Origin: Camelus ferus
Lineage: Eukaryota
Direction: 5' to 3'
Assembly: GCF_009834535.1 (NCBI RefSeq)
Contig: NC_045698.1
Span: 6,140,001 to 6,204,000, forward strand
DNA length: 64,000 nucleotides
Positions 38,108 through 51,541 of the stretch are shown piece after piece. The notes beneath the pieces are model-generated. The model did not search any database. It was not told where the DNA came from and was given only the letters and a program-made list of their open reading frames with translations. Within the stretch, counting starts at the first letter, position 1. Each line of letters begins with the position of its first letter. Made by a program: the position numbers and the translations under genes.

Positions 38108-39613
38108 TCTTACTTTTTAAAAGAAATTATTAAAGTATAGTTGATTTACAATGTGTTATTTTCTGGTGTACAGCATAATGATTTAGTTATACATATATAT
38201 TCTTTATAATATTATTTTTATTATAGGTTATTATGTGATACTGAATGTGTTCCTTGTGCTATGTCATTGTTGTTTATCTATTATATATATATATTACTGT
38301 GTATCTGTTAATCCCAAAGTTCTAATTTATCCTTGTTGTCCCCTTTCCCCTTTGGTAATCATAAGTTTGTTTTCTATGTCTGTGAGTCTGTTTCTGTTTT
38401 GTAAATAAGTTCATTTATATCATTTTTTTAGATTCTACATATAAGTGATATCATATGATGTTTGTCTTTATCCGACTTACTTCGCTTAGTATCCTAATCT
38501 CTAGGTCTATTCATGCTGCTGCAGGTGGTATTGTTTCATTCTTTTTTGTGGCTGAATAACATTCCATTGTTTATATACCACATCTTCTTTATCCAGTCAT
38601 CTGTTGATGGACATTTAGTCTGCTTCCATGTCTTGGCTACTATAAATAGTGCTGCTATCAACACTGGGGTGCATGTGTCTTTTTGAATTAGTTTTAGGGT
38701 TTTCATCTTTTCTGGATATATGCCCAGGAGTGGGATTACTGGATCACATGGTAACTCTAATTTTAGTTTTTTAAGGAGACTCCATACTGTTCTCCATAGT
38801 GGCTGGACCAATTTGCATTCTCACCAACAGTATTGGATGGTTCCCTTTTCCCCACACCCTCTCCAGCATTTATTATTTGTAAACTTTTTGATGATGGCCA
38901 TTCTGATCAGTGTGAGGGGATACCTCATTGTAATTTTGACTTGCATTTCTCCAAGAATTAGCAATGTAGAGCATCTTTTCATGTGTCTGTTGGCCATCTG
39001 TGTCTTCTTTGCAGAAATGTCTATGCATGTCTTCTACCAAATTTTGTTTAGGTACTTTGTTTTTTTGATTTGGAACTGTATATGCTATTTATATATTTTG
39101 GAGATTAATCCCTTGTCAGTCACATCATTTGCAAATATTTTCTCCCATTCCATATGTTGTCTTTTCATTTCGTTTATGGTTTCCTTTGTTGTGCAAAGGC
39201 TTTTAAGTTTTATTACATCCCAATTGTTTATTTTTGCTTTTATTTTCATTGCTGTAGGAGACAGATCCAAAAAAAAAATATTGCTGCAATTTATGTTAGA
39301 GTGTTCTACCTATGTTTTCCTCTAGGAGTTATGTAACATCTGGTTTTACAGTTAGGTCTTTAATCCATTTTTAGTTTATTTTTGTATATGCTGTTAGAGA
39401 ATGTTTTAATTTCCTTCTTTTACGTGTAGAAGCCCCGTTCCTTTTACTGAAGAGATTGTCTTTTCTCCATTGTATATTCTTGCTTCCTTTGTTGAAGATT
39501 AATTGACTGTAGGTGTATGGGTTTAGTTCTGCATTTTCTCTTATGTTCCATTGATCCATATGTCTGTTTTTCTGCCAGTATCACGCTGTTTTGATTATTG
39601 TAGCTTTGTAGTA
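38108..39613 (-). mobile_element. 5'-truncated L1 (ORF2 C-terminal part + 3' UTR) inserted in an older L1ME
   Basis: ORFs 38536-38811, 39085-39270 and 39371-39559 are L1 ORF2p fragments; TSD cttcaat(t/a)ttcttcttt at 38091-38107 and 39614-39630. Confidence 0.92.
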
Positions 39614-39869
39614 CTTCAATATTCTTCTTTATTGTTCTTAAAAATGTTCTCTTCCACAGGAACTTTAAAATGAGCCTATCAAATTTGATTTTTAAAATGT
39701 TATCCAGATTTTGATAGGAATTTATTAAGTTTATATATTATTTCAGATAAAATCAATATTTCATTTTGATTATTCTCATATCTCCCCATTGTATTACTCT
39801 ACATTCTTTTTAAAAAATAACATTTTACAGTTTCCTCCATATGTTACTTCCAGTTTATTATTCTATTTC

Positions 39870-40060
39870 TAGATGACTGCAGTAGCCTTTTCTGCTTTTT
39901 CACCTGTACTTCTTTTCTCTCCTCCAGACCTTGGAAGGATTAAATTACCCCCACCTTGAAGTTGATGTGGACAGGTGTCTTGATTAGACCAATGAGATGT
40001 GAGCAGAAATGATGTTTGTCATTTCTAGATGGCAGCATTTAAGAACCAGTATCCCTTCCT
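39870..40060 (+). mobile_element. MLT1J/K-like LTR fragment
   Basis: gaccaatgagatgtgagcagaaatgatg...gcatttaagaaccag. Confidence 0.55.
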
Positions 40061-40354
40061 ATCACAATTAACAATAAAAGGCAGAATGTATTCCTGAATT
40101 ACAGTAAGATGTGATCTAATAGGAAATAGATACAAATGACTAAGACAAATGCAAGTTCATCTGTGCACACACCCCTAGGCTGACACAGATAGCCTGCTGC
40201 AGGAGTTCCATTCATGGAGAAGAGGATGTGGAACTTCTTTAAAGGATGAAGATACATTTAATAGCCTCACATGGATAATGTGGATAATAAGTGGATAGAC
40301 TAGACAAAATAAAGTTGCACAGGAAAAGAACTCATGGCATATCTGAAAAATCAC

Positions 40355-41185
40355 GGGTTTTTAAATAGATTTAATTATTTTACAGCAGGCTTAACTCCAC
40401 AGCATCAAGCAAAAGTGCAGAAATTCCTATACCTCCTGCCCTCATACATGAAGCCTCCCCATTATGAACATCCTCCACCAGGTGGTACACTTGATGTAAC
40501 GATGAACCTACATTGACACATCATTATCACCATAGTTCACATTAGGATTCACTCATGGTGTGGTACATTCTGTGGGTTTTAACAAATGTATAATGACATA
40601 TATCCATCATTATAGCATCAGAAGAGCTTCACTGCCCTAAAAATCCTCTATGTTCTGCCTATTCATTACCCCTGCCCATTCAGCACCTAAAAACCATTGA
40701 CTTTTTACTGTCTTTATGATTTTATGTTTTCCAGAATATCATATAGTTGGAATCAAACAGTATTTAGCCTTCTCAGATTGGCTTCTTTCACTGAGTAATA
40801 GGCATTTACGGTTCCTCCATGTCTCTTCATGGCTTGATAACTCATTTCTTGTAAGTGCTGAATGACGTTGCACTGTCTGATGCACAATTTATTTATCCAA
40901 TCACGTACTAAAGAACATCTTGACTGCTTCCAGTTTGGGGCAATTATGAATTAAGCTGCTATGTGTATGTTTTTGTATGGACATAAGATTTCAGCTCATT
41001 TGGGTAAACACCAGGGAAGACATTGCCGGATCATAAGACAAATGTATGTTTAGTTTTATAAGAAACCATCAAACTGCCTTCCAGGGTGACTGGACCATTT
41101 TAATGACTGAAAGTTCCTCTTGCTCCACACCCTCTCCAGCATTTGGTATTATTCCTGTTTGGAATTTCTTTGCATTCTAATAAAA
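40355..41185 (-). mobile_element. L1MC 3' end
   Basis: gatgaacctacattgacacatcattatcacc...ttcagattggcttctttcact. Confidence 0.85.
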
Positions 41186-43189
41186 ATTACCATTCTTTAA
41201 CTCAGCTAGAATTCAGGGTATGTGTAGGGCAGCAGTGGGGCCAAATAAGTAAATTTAGCTCAGGCTATAATTGGCCCTAAAGCCCTTCTAGAAAGACCAC
41301 GCCATTCAACAGACACATGATCTCACTGTCCTCTTCCCATTTATTCAGAGGTCAACTCGTTCAAGCTCCAAATAAGAAGAGTTTATCTTACAACACTTGG
41401 TCTGAGACTCTGGACTTGCCCTTCACAGGCTCTACCCAGCCCCTCCCAACCTGCCTCTACCCCAGTTCCTCCCACCTGGTGTCTCTCTGCTCATTCTCTC
41501 TCCTGCAGTTCCCTCCCTGGCCCCTTCCCACACTTCCCACTGTCCCCCCACCCCGCCGTTCCCACCCTCCCTTCCGTGTACTTCCCAGCCCCCGCCCATC
41601 TCCTCCTGTGCTTGTCCTGCCCCACTTTCCTCACTGGGATGGATGCTGCACAGGAAGCTGCTCCTCTGCTCCCCGCCTTGACTTCTCTCACTCTACACAC
41701 ACTGTAACCTGACCCCATTCGAGGCTCTCCAGCTGGGTCAGGGTACACCTGAGTTCCTAATGTGGTATTTAGTTCTCTTCAAATGCCATGTGATGGATCA
41801 GCCTCTATCTGCCTTTCCAGAAATAGAAATCAAACTCACAGGGTGGATGTGCCCCATAATCCGTCTGCCTGTCCAGAAGTGCTTGTAGAAATCTCACTCA
41901 AAAATGACCTGTAGCATCCCAGGTGCCAAGAATATTCTAGAAAGAGTTTTGACGCTTCAACTGCAGTGAAAGAGCCCAGGGCAGCCAGAGACAGCCCTGC
42001 CCAATCCCCTCAGGAGTCTTGGACCCTCATCTTTGGGGTGACAGCCACTGTCAGGCACAAGAACTAATAACTGTTTGTGGAGATTGTCTCTGCACACATG
42101 TGGACTGCTAACCCCAGCTCACCTACAGCTTCCCCATTGCCTAAGGGCCACTGGTCCCAGTCCAGACAACAGCCTTAGACCTCGCTTCCATCTGTTACCG
42201 CAGGTCTCCATCCCAGTAACGCTGGTGTCCAGGTGCTCATCCCTTCCCGGCATTTTTAGAGACAGCGATTTCATGGTGCCTGGGGTACTGCTTGATCCAT
42301 GCGAAAACACATGCTGCAAGCCTGCTTCTGGCTTGCCAGGACCTGGGCACCCACTCACCTGTTAGAGACCCTGACATGACCAGTCAGTCACCGAAGCCGG
42401 CCAGCCTCACTTGTCATGCCTGGGCAGCAGCTCTGCCCTGCTTTTCTTTTTCATTTTTTCATTTGGATTTTAGCCTAGAAGAGGTCACAGCAGTAACTCG
42501 TCAGTTTGAAAAGATCCGCAGTGTCTGGATTTTACATATGAAGGTCTGTTTTAAAGGTGGTCGTTGGGAGCCATCAGCATACTTGGGGACCTTCTGTGAG
42601 AGCAAGCTTTTCTGTTTGAGTAGTTTAAGCCTGTTGTTTACATGAGGCTAAATAATGTTCTAGAAAAAAATGTTTTTGAAAAGCAGTGCTTTCTAGTTGG
42701 TTCTTTAACTGAGGGAGGTAGCGCGCATTCCGTTCTGGACAGGAGTGCACATGAGCCAAGAGCACTAATGCACGTGACCCCTGGAGTGGCAGGGCTTGGG
42801 GCTCTGTTACCATGATGATCACTCACCTCTCACCTGTGGTACACCTGGGACAGTTAAGATTAACTCCTGTATTTTACTTTTGACTCATGGGAAGACATCA
42901 CAAAGAACCAGTTTGGGAAGTTACACAGTTAAAATCCCTACTGGAATAAAGTATTCCCACGCCTGGGTTCCACCCCAACTTTACATGCAGAACCCCAAAA
43001 GTGAATGACTTCATGAGGAGCCCTGAGGCCATCTGAGGGCTGACCCACAAGGGTCTTACCCTCTACATTCATGGGTTTTCAACTTGTAAACTGAAGGCGT
43101 TAAATTGCATTACCCTGAAGTTCCCTCTCAGTCTGCATTCCTAATAACAGCTTAACTGTGTCACAGGCATCAGAGATATTTACAAACAT

Positions 43190-43540
43190 GTGTCTGTACA
43201 TGTCAAGGCTGAACTTCATTTCTCTGTTTAAAGGTGGGATGGCATGTGAGCTGATTTAGCCATTGAAATGTGAATGGAAATGATATGCTTGACTGTAAGC
43301 AGAATCTTTAAGAGGCAGGGCATGCTTTAACACACTCCTATTCCTGTGTTATGCAACTAGGATAACTTGGGCTGAGATGAAGTTTTGTGAGTCTGAATAT
43401 TGAATAATTATCACGGGCAAAAGATCTTTGCCAACCCACATTGGATAAATCAGGAAACAAATCTTAACTGTTTAAACCACTGAGATTTTTGCAGATGTTT
43501 GTTACTGCAGCACAACATAGTTTTTCTGACGGATACAATG
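43190..43540 (+). mobile_element. MLT1J-like LTR
   Basis: gccattgaaatgtgaatggaaatg...ccactgagattttt...gttactgcagcacaac. Confidence 0.65.
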
Positions 43541-45664
43541 TATCCCAAATTCTGAATCCTTCATGGGAACTTATTAAATGCTTTGTGCCTCACTGAGAGT
43601 GACTAAGTCAAATGTGTGGTGATCTTGATGATCCTGATAGAGCAACCTGTTTGACTTACCAAAAAAAGAGATCATTTTTCATGTGTGACAATTATAAAAC
43701 AAGTTTATGACTTCATTTGTCCATTTCTTGAATTTGCCGAGTGTGACTTGCAGATGTTAATGTGATTCAGAGATTTCTGATTCTGAGGCTGAAAATTAAC
43801 AATTACATTTTTTTTTAAATTTGACTCTAAGTGACAATCATCCATGAAGCAATGGGAGCATTTTTGCAATTCAGTGGTTAACGATTTCAACTTCAAACTA
43901 CAGCTAAAGAACTTGTAAGAGAAGCTGCATAGGAAGTGAATTCACCGCTTTGAGATTTAATATTACTGAGTTTAACATTCCATACCTGAGCTCTGTCATT
44001 AGCTTATACGTGTGGCAATGAACTAGGTAGATGGCCTTCAGCTGGGATCATATGTACAAAATTACATGAAAAACGGAAATATCCAGGTTCATTTAGTACA
44101 GCTCCTTGCTAATAAAGACACATCACTGATGAAGATATTTATTCTCTAGAAGGAACTTCCACCTGAGCCTTTGAAAATATAGGAATGATGAGTAAACTCA
44201 GATGGAGACAGGAGGAATTATTCTTAATTAAACATCAGTGACGTATTTGCTGCACTTCAGACACTGCAGTGAATAGATTACTGGTTGTGAAGGTGGAATG
44301 CAGGCTCTCCTCATGGCTGGTACCATGCTGGACTAATTTGAATTTGAAAACACCAGCGTACTCTGCCCAGTGTTCCTGTCATTTTTAAATGTAGTTCGTT
44401 GTGTCTTTGCTTTTGATTTATGCATTCTAAAATAGGGCAGTGAAATACCAAACAGCTGTCCAACATTGGAATAAGAACACTGGCAGCAGCAAACACGTTC
44501 AGCAAAACTCTTCTCCTTCTCATGCTGAAGATGCTAAAATACTGCTTCCTGCCAGAGTCGAAGCAGGTCCTATAACTTGTCTGATACTTACAAGTGAATC
44601 TTTCTCTTTCAACACACTCAACAGTGTGTACTTGCTTTGTAGAAATACACGGTAAAATAGAATTTAAAATCATCTATTTTGGATATTCCCATGGAATCTT
44701 TCAGGCATAAGTACAACATAAAATAACAGAATGACAATCGGTGAGGCTAGTAAGTTTGAGGCAATAATGTGCAATACAAAGTGGCCGACAGAGCCAATGA
44801 GGGATACTGGCCAGACATGGGAGGCTGAAGTGCACAGATACTTCTCAGCCCGAGGACAGCTGGTTGGGGGGCCTCACCCCTGCAGGGGACGGCTTGATGC
44901 CACCCGCCCACTGAGTGGTTGTTCAAACAGGAACATGTTGAACATTCTAATGAAAGCTTGTGTCACATTTTTTTTTTCACAGACTTCAAACAACAGCTCA
45001 TGTGTTGTGTGACTTTCCAGTTCTCCTGTCCCCAGCAGCAGAGTGTGATGACATTTGGATACTGATGTCCACCCACTTCATCATGGGCGTTTATTGTGTG
45101 CCTCTGTGCTAAAACCGAGGATATAAAAACAAACAAGGCCAAGGCTTGTTTTTCAAGGTGGCAAATCTGAATGTTCCTTGAGGCTTATGTTCTCATTTCC
45201 CTGGAGCTCAGTGGAGAGTGACTTAGCTGGTCAGCATTATTTCAATAGAAGAAGAGGCTGATGCCTGCCAGTCACCGCTCACCTTTCCTAGCAAGGAAAT
45301 TCTCAAACCAGGGAGTGTCCATTAGTAATAGTTGCACAGGTGTTCCCTGCGCCCTGACCCTAAATGTGGAGCGTCAGCGGAGCAGGGATGCTGTGCCGCT
45401 GGCAGGCCGGCTCTGGGGCGTGGAGGCGAAGGCGTGAGTCAGTTCAGGGGAACTCGTGCCCTTCTGTTTCTCAGCTCCTCAGTCTTCCTAGTAAACCCTG
45501 TGTTCTACCTGCTTCAAGTACTAGTAGGATTGGAACCATGCCTCTCAGAGTTAACAGAAGCTGATAACTGGTAGACATCCTTAAGCTTGTCTTAAGGAAC
45601 AACAGGTAAGGGAACAGGTTGTTAAAACCCCTTTGCTCTTAGACTGCCTTCATTGACTAAGCTC

Positions 45665-45705
45665 CTTCTTTCTTTTTCTTTTTCTTTTTCTTTTTCTTTT
45701 TTTCT
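45665..45705. repeat. (TTTTTC)n tract
   Basis: directly visible. Confidence 0.9.
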
Positions 45706-46689
45706 TAATTGCATACCTTCCCAGCTTCATGCAGCCCAGTTGTGTTACAGGAATTCGGAGTCAGCTCCTGTCCAGTGCAAGCCGGCTGGGGCTGGTTGGG
45801 ACCACCGACCCTAAACCCGGGCCTGCACAGATGTCCAATGACTGTGCTGTCGACAGCAGAGGACTGGGAAACCCCACCCTCGGATCGTGCTAAGTGCCTC
45901 CATGTTGAACACGCACCAGCGTGTAACACAGACGCACACGCACACGGCTCTGATACCGCCCCTGTTCTTACCTCCAATCACCGCTCCCCACGCCTGAGAC
46001 CACCCTGCTTACCCCATAAACACCCAGCCCCTCTCCCCCGGGGAGGCAGGTCTGAGCCCTGTTCTCTCAGCTCCGCACTTGGCTGCCCGGTGAATACACT
46101 CTGCCCGCTGGGAACCCCGGCCTTTCAGCGCTCGGCTTGCTGCGCGTGGCGGGAAGGGCGGGGGTGGGGGAGGGAAGGCCCTGGTTCACTAACAGTGTCC
46201 GAAAGCAACCCCTTTGCACAGCCCAGGAGGAGCACAGACAAGTCAACAGCCACCCCAAGCGCCGTCACATTGACATGAAACTAACCTTGTGTTGCAGAGA
46301 AAAGGGCGCTAATTCCATCTCAGTCTACCGGAAGGTTTCACGAGTGATGAAGTCATTGTTGGGCCCTGAAAACTGAGTAGGGTTTGGAGAGGCAGAGAGA
46401 AGACATTGGGGTGAAGGCGGGCTTTGGGGAAGGGGCGGGCGCTGGGGTAGTGAGAAGCCCTGCGGGGCTGGGATGTGTGTGTGCGCAGCATGTCTCATCT
46501 GCCCAGGCAGCAAAGGGCAGAGGGAGTCAAGACTGCACTGGCTTCTGGCTCAGCCTCAGCCGTGATAGTGATGCTTTCTGCTGGGGCTGACGGCACACTC
46601 GCCTGGACCCGTGCTACCTGTGGCAGTCCCCACAGGCATTTCCCCACCGAGGCAATGTCATGACTGGACCAGCCCTGTGCTTCTCATTA

Positions 46690-47125
46690 TAACTGCAAGT
46701 TGCATCTTTGCCAAAACCATCTGGGAACTTTGAAATAACAACTTTTACTACTCACAAGTTCAGTGGGATACACAGCATACCTGGGGCCACACAGCGAGGT
46801 AGGGGGAAACCTGGGGCTCTGCCCTTACTGGGGTCAAGGGTGGGGTGCCTAGTGTTCCATGGGTTCACTCTTTATTAGTGAATTTTAAACGTAGAGTGAG
46901 AATTAAAGCCCAGCAAGGGTAAAGCAAGCAAACAGATCTCCCAGTGCTTTCTACAAAGAGGGACGTCAGGGGTGGGGCCGCCTGGCTCTCCATCTAGGTG
47001 AAGAGCTTACAACGTGTTTGTTCAACACGGGTGCCTTTGAAGTGCATGCCTCAGCAATCAGAAGCTTAATGTCAGGCGCTTACATTACAATCCAAAAAGC
47101 TAACTGTCAGGTACTCACAGGACAG
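46690..47125 (-). mobile_element. ERVL LTR (MER74/MER88-like)
   Basis: ggggccacacagcgagg...ggggctctgcccttactggggtc...gaagcttaatgtcaggcgcttacattaca. Confidence 0.55.
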
Positions 47126-48299
47126 CTGGTTTATTCCACAGCCCTCCGAGGAATACTCATGTCGGTGGTGGACAGCGGTCACCAGGAAATCACAGAACGT
47201 AGAGCTGAAAAGGACCTGAGATCTGTTAGAATATTTTTCTATTTATACTGATTTTCCGTCTCTCCTTCAGGGCGTTGCTTCATCTAACAGGTGGACGCAT
47301 ATGCATCATTGAACACTCATGTATTTTTAAAGTCTTTTATTAATTGTTTCTCATCATTTGGGGCTGGTATTTGATGGTAATAAATAGGCGCCACTCCTTT
47401 CAACGCAAGGATTTGTACTTTTTCTTCTGTAAGTTCTGGAGTTTTTATAGAATAAGTTCAAAGTTGTCATTATCAAAGGAGAAAAGATCAGTGTCCTTTA
47501 AAATTGTTAAGAAAATATCTGTGTTCAAATGCCAACCATATAGGAATAACGTGAAGTTCTATAAAGAATTGACTTTTTCTAGGAAGGTTTCTTCTGATAT
47601 CACTTTAGCAGGATGAGTACTGGAGGGAGAAAAACTAGAAAGGTCAACTGCTTCTTTATATTTTTCTCAAAAATATTTAATACCACTGACCAAAGGTAAT
47701 TTTTTTAATTCAACTGATATTCCCTTGAACCATTGAGCAAAAGATTAAAAATTTGAGGTTAGGTGAAAATTATACACTTCATAATTCATCACAACAGGAA
47801 ATACCCTAGCTTCTGATGATGGAGCGTGATGGGTAAAAAGGGCAGCTTTCGCATTAAGTTAAACATAGAGCTAATACTTTTTACCTGTCCTCTCGTTCTA
47901 ACTGTCTTCTTTCCTTAACATGCAGTTCACGCTGACCTTCTCAAATAACCCTTCCCAGCAGCTAGAAATGGGTGTGGGGAGCACGACTCAGTGAGCACCC
48001 TGAATTCCAGGAGACGAGGTGCCAGCCTAGAAACTGGTGTCTAGTTAAACGTCCCTCCTAAAGGCAAATGAAGGCATGTTTAGTCAAACAAAACTAGAGA
48101 CTTTTTTTTTTTCTTTTTGCAAAACAGACCTTCTCTATAACCTATGTCAAAGAAATTTCTTCAGGTTAAAGGATGATAATGCTTCATGGAAACTTATATC
48201 TACCTAGAGGAATGGAGAGCCCTGGAAAGGATAAACAAGGAGCAAATAAGAGATTTTTTTTATTTATTTAGAAAATAATCAGCAATTTAAAAAATCAAT

Positions 48300-48815
48300 T
48301 TTGAAAATTTCTATCTCAGAACATCTTTACAATCTTCAAAATTGCTGAGAACCCCAGAGAGTTTTGCTATACCTCCAATCTTCTTCCATGTAAGAAATTA
48401 AAATTAGGACATACATTTATTAATGGATATTAAAGAACATGCTTATTAAATTGTTTTAAAATATTAATAATAATCCCAAGCTACAGTAACAAAAAATACT
48501 TTTATAAGAAAAATAACTACATTTTCCAACAGAGAAGGAAAATTAGTTTGCAGGAAGGCATTAGTTTACATTTTTGCAAATCTCTTTAATATCTACCTTA
48601 ATAAAAGACAGCTAAAGTATCATATTTGCTTTCACATTCATTCTGTTGTAATATCACATATAATGTAGTCTCTGGAAAATTCCCTGTATGAAAGAATGAA
48701 AGTGAAGAAAAGCAAATACTGTTTTATCATTATGAAAATGATTTTAAACTCATGAATATTCTGAAAGGATCTTGTGAACCACAGGAGACCCTGCGCTATC
48801 CTTTGAGAATCACTT
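48300..48815. mobile_element. hAT-Charlie DNA transposon fossil
   Basis: tttacatttttgcaaatctctttaat...cattatgaaaatgatttt...ctttgagaatcact terminus. Confidence 0.65.
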
Positions 48816-49428
48816 CTTTAAATGAAAAATAATAACCATACACTCTGAAGTTTATAACACAGGTAGAAGTAAAATGTATGAAAACATTAGCATTTAGTCT
48901 GGAAGGAAGGATGTGAAAATAAGATTTGTATGGCTCTCACACTGTACTCAAAATGGTGTAATTTGGAAGTAGCCTATGACAATATATAAATTGTAAATCT
49001 TAGAACAATCATTAAAAATAAATAAGTGAAATAGATTTAGCAAATTGTCGAAAAATGCAGACAAAGTCAATTACGAATTAATCACTTACTCTCAAAGAAG
49101 ACAGGAAAAACTGAAACATAAATATGCCGTACAAACAGGAAGCACATTAAGTACATGCAAACCCAAAGTATCAGAAAGTGCATCAAATGTGAAAGGTTCA
49201 CAACCAGTGACATTCACTGCCACCTTACAAAGACAGAAAAAGAAGAGCAAGTTTAACCAAAACAGGCAGAATGAAGGAAATAATAGAACTAAAACAATGA
49301 AACATAAAACAGACACAACAGAGAAAACCAGTAAAACCAAAAGCTGGGTCTTACAATACAGCAACAAAACCTAAAACTCCAGCTACACTAAAGAAGCAAA
49401 ACAAGAAAACAACAGCAAATATGACCAC

Positions 49429-49804
49429 TGTATTAGTCTGCTCAGGCTGCTGTAACAAAATGCCCCAGGCTGGGGGGCTTGACCAACAGTAATGTGTTTT
49501 CTCACAGCTCTGGAGGCCAGAAGTCCAAGATCAAGGTGCCTCCAGGGTCGGTTTGTGGTGAGGCAGGCAGCCAGCTTCTCTCTGTCTTCATATGGCCTTT
49601 CCTCCGTGTGTGCGGAAAGAGGGAGATCTCTGGTCTCTCTTCCTCTTCTTTTAAGGACACAAGTACTATGGGGTTAGGACCCCACTCTTATGACTTCTTT
49701 TAACCTTGATTACCCACACATAGGCCCTATTCCCAAATATAGTCATCTTGGGGGTTACGATTTCAACATATGAATTTGGGAGAAATACAGTTCAGTCCAT
49801 AGCA
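49429..49804 (-). mobile_element. MLT1A-like solo LTR
   Basis: tgtattagtctgctcaggctgc...cagttcagtccatagca; 5 bp TSD a(c/t)cac. Confidence 0.9.
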
Positions 49805-50909
49805 ATCACCCTCAGACATAAAAAAAGGAACATATTAGAGATTCTGTTAACATTAGAGAGATGTGAGGTAATATTATGAACAGATTTATGCCAAAAATAG
49901 GCAACTGATAAATAAGTAGATACACTTCTCCAAAGATACAAATTAAACTGACACAAAAAGAAGTAGAATATTTGAATAGTACTATATCTATTAAAGAATG
50001 GAAGTTGTAACTAAAAGTCTTTTTACAATTGCACAGCATTTCCAGAATGGTCTTACTAGTGAATTCTAGCAAATATTTAAGAAAAAATACCAATATTATT
50101 CAATTTTTAAAAAATAAAAAGATAAAATATTTTATAAATCCTTTTATAAGGGCAGTATTGCTCAGTTCCAAAACCAAAGATAATGTAAGTAAAACTATGA
50201 CTTTCAAAAACATGTATGCAAAATTCATTACAAATGTTATTTAGCAAAACAAATACAGAAATATATAAAAAGCTTAATACATGATGGCCAAATGAAGCTA
50301 TTCCCAGGAATATGAAGTTGATTTAAAAATTGAAAATCAATTACTTAAATTCTTCATATTGAGAAAATATAAAAGAAAATCTATATAGTCTCTCAATAGA
50401 GGCAGAAAAATAATTTTAAAAACTCCCTCAGAAAATGAGAGTTAAAGGGGAACTATTTCAACTTTAAAAAAGGTCATATAGAAACTATAACAACAAAAGA
50501 CCCTTACACCTACCATAATACAGAATTGTAAAAGAATAAATCCTCGCTTTCTGAGTTTGGGAATAAGTTAAGTGTGTCTGCTCCCATCAGCTCTGTTAAA
50601 CATTTTGTTGAAGATCCCAGACATTGAAATAATGCATTTTTAAAATGCAGAATGAAAAGGAGGAAATAAAATTGTCTTCATTCAGAGATGACATAGAATC
50701 ATCACATGGAATAGCCTAAGAAATTTGCATAAAAGCTAGCAGAGTTATAAGTGATGATAGTGTGGAAACAGGATACAAAGTCAGCGTACAAAATAAATGT
50801 GTAATATACAAAATAAGTTGTTACATATACAGAGAGATACAAATGAACAGTTGGAAAAAGAAATTAAAACAAAATCATACATAATTACATCAAAAACATG
50901 AAACAAGAA

Positions 50910-51541
50910 TCCTGAATATACGACCCAGGAATCCCGCTCTTGGGCATAAATCCAGAAGGAACCCTACTTCAGGATGACACCTGCACCCCAGTGTTCATAG
51001 CAGCACTATTTACAATAGCACTATTTACAAGACATGGAAGCAGCCTAAACGTCCATCAACAGATGACTGGATAAAGAAGAGGTGGTATATTTATACAATG
51101 GAATACTATTCAGCCATAAAACCAACCACATAATGCCATTTGCAGCAACATGGATGTCCCTGGAGAATGTCATTCTAAGTGAAGTAAGCCAGAAAGAGAA
51201 AGAAAAATACCATATGAGATCGCTCATATGAGGAATCTGAAAAAAAAAAAAAGCATAAATACAAAACAGAACAGACTCATAGACACAGAATACAAACTTG
51301 TGGTTGCCAAGGGGGCGGTGGATGGGAAGGGACAGACTGGGATTTCAAAATGTAGAACAGATCAACAAGATTATACTATATAGCACAGGGAAATATATAC
51401 AAGATCTTTTGGTAGCTCACAGTGAAAAAAATGTGACAATGAATATATATATGTTCATGTATAACTGAAAAATTGTGCTCTGCACTGGAATTTGACACAA
51501 CATTGTAAACTGACTGTAACGCAATAAAAAATGTTAAAAAA
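50910..51541 (+). mobile_element. Young 5'-truncated lineage-specific L1
   Basis: ORF2 end + 3' UTR + A tail; perfect 18 bp TSD aaaaacatgaaacaagaa at 50892-50909 and 51542-51559. Confidence 0.95.

Noticed and set aside
38720..39325. Longest ORF (201 aa, + strand)
   Set aside because: Antisense reading of an L1 ORF2 fragment; not a gene
45709..46278. 189-aa ORF
   Set aside because: Non-ATG start, Pro/Ser/Cys-rich, no recognisable domain; expected in GC-rich DNA
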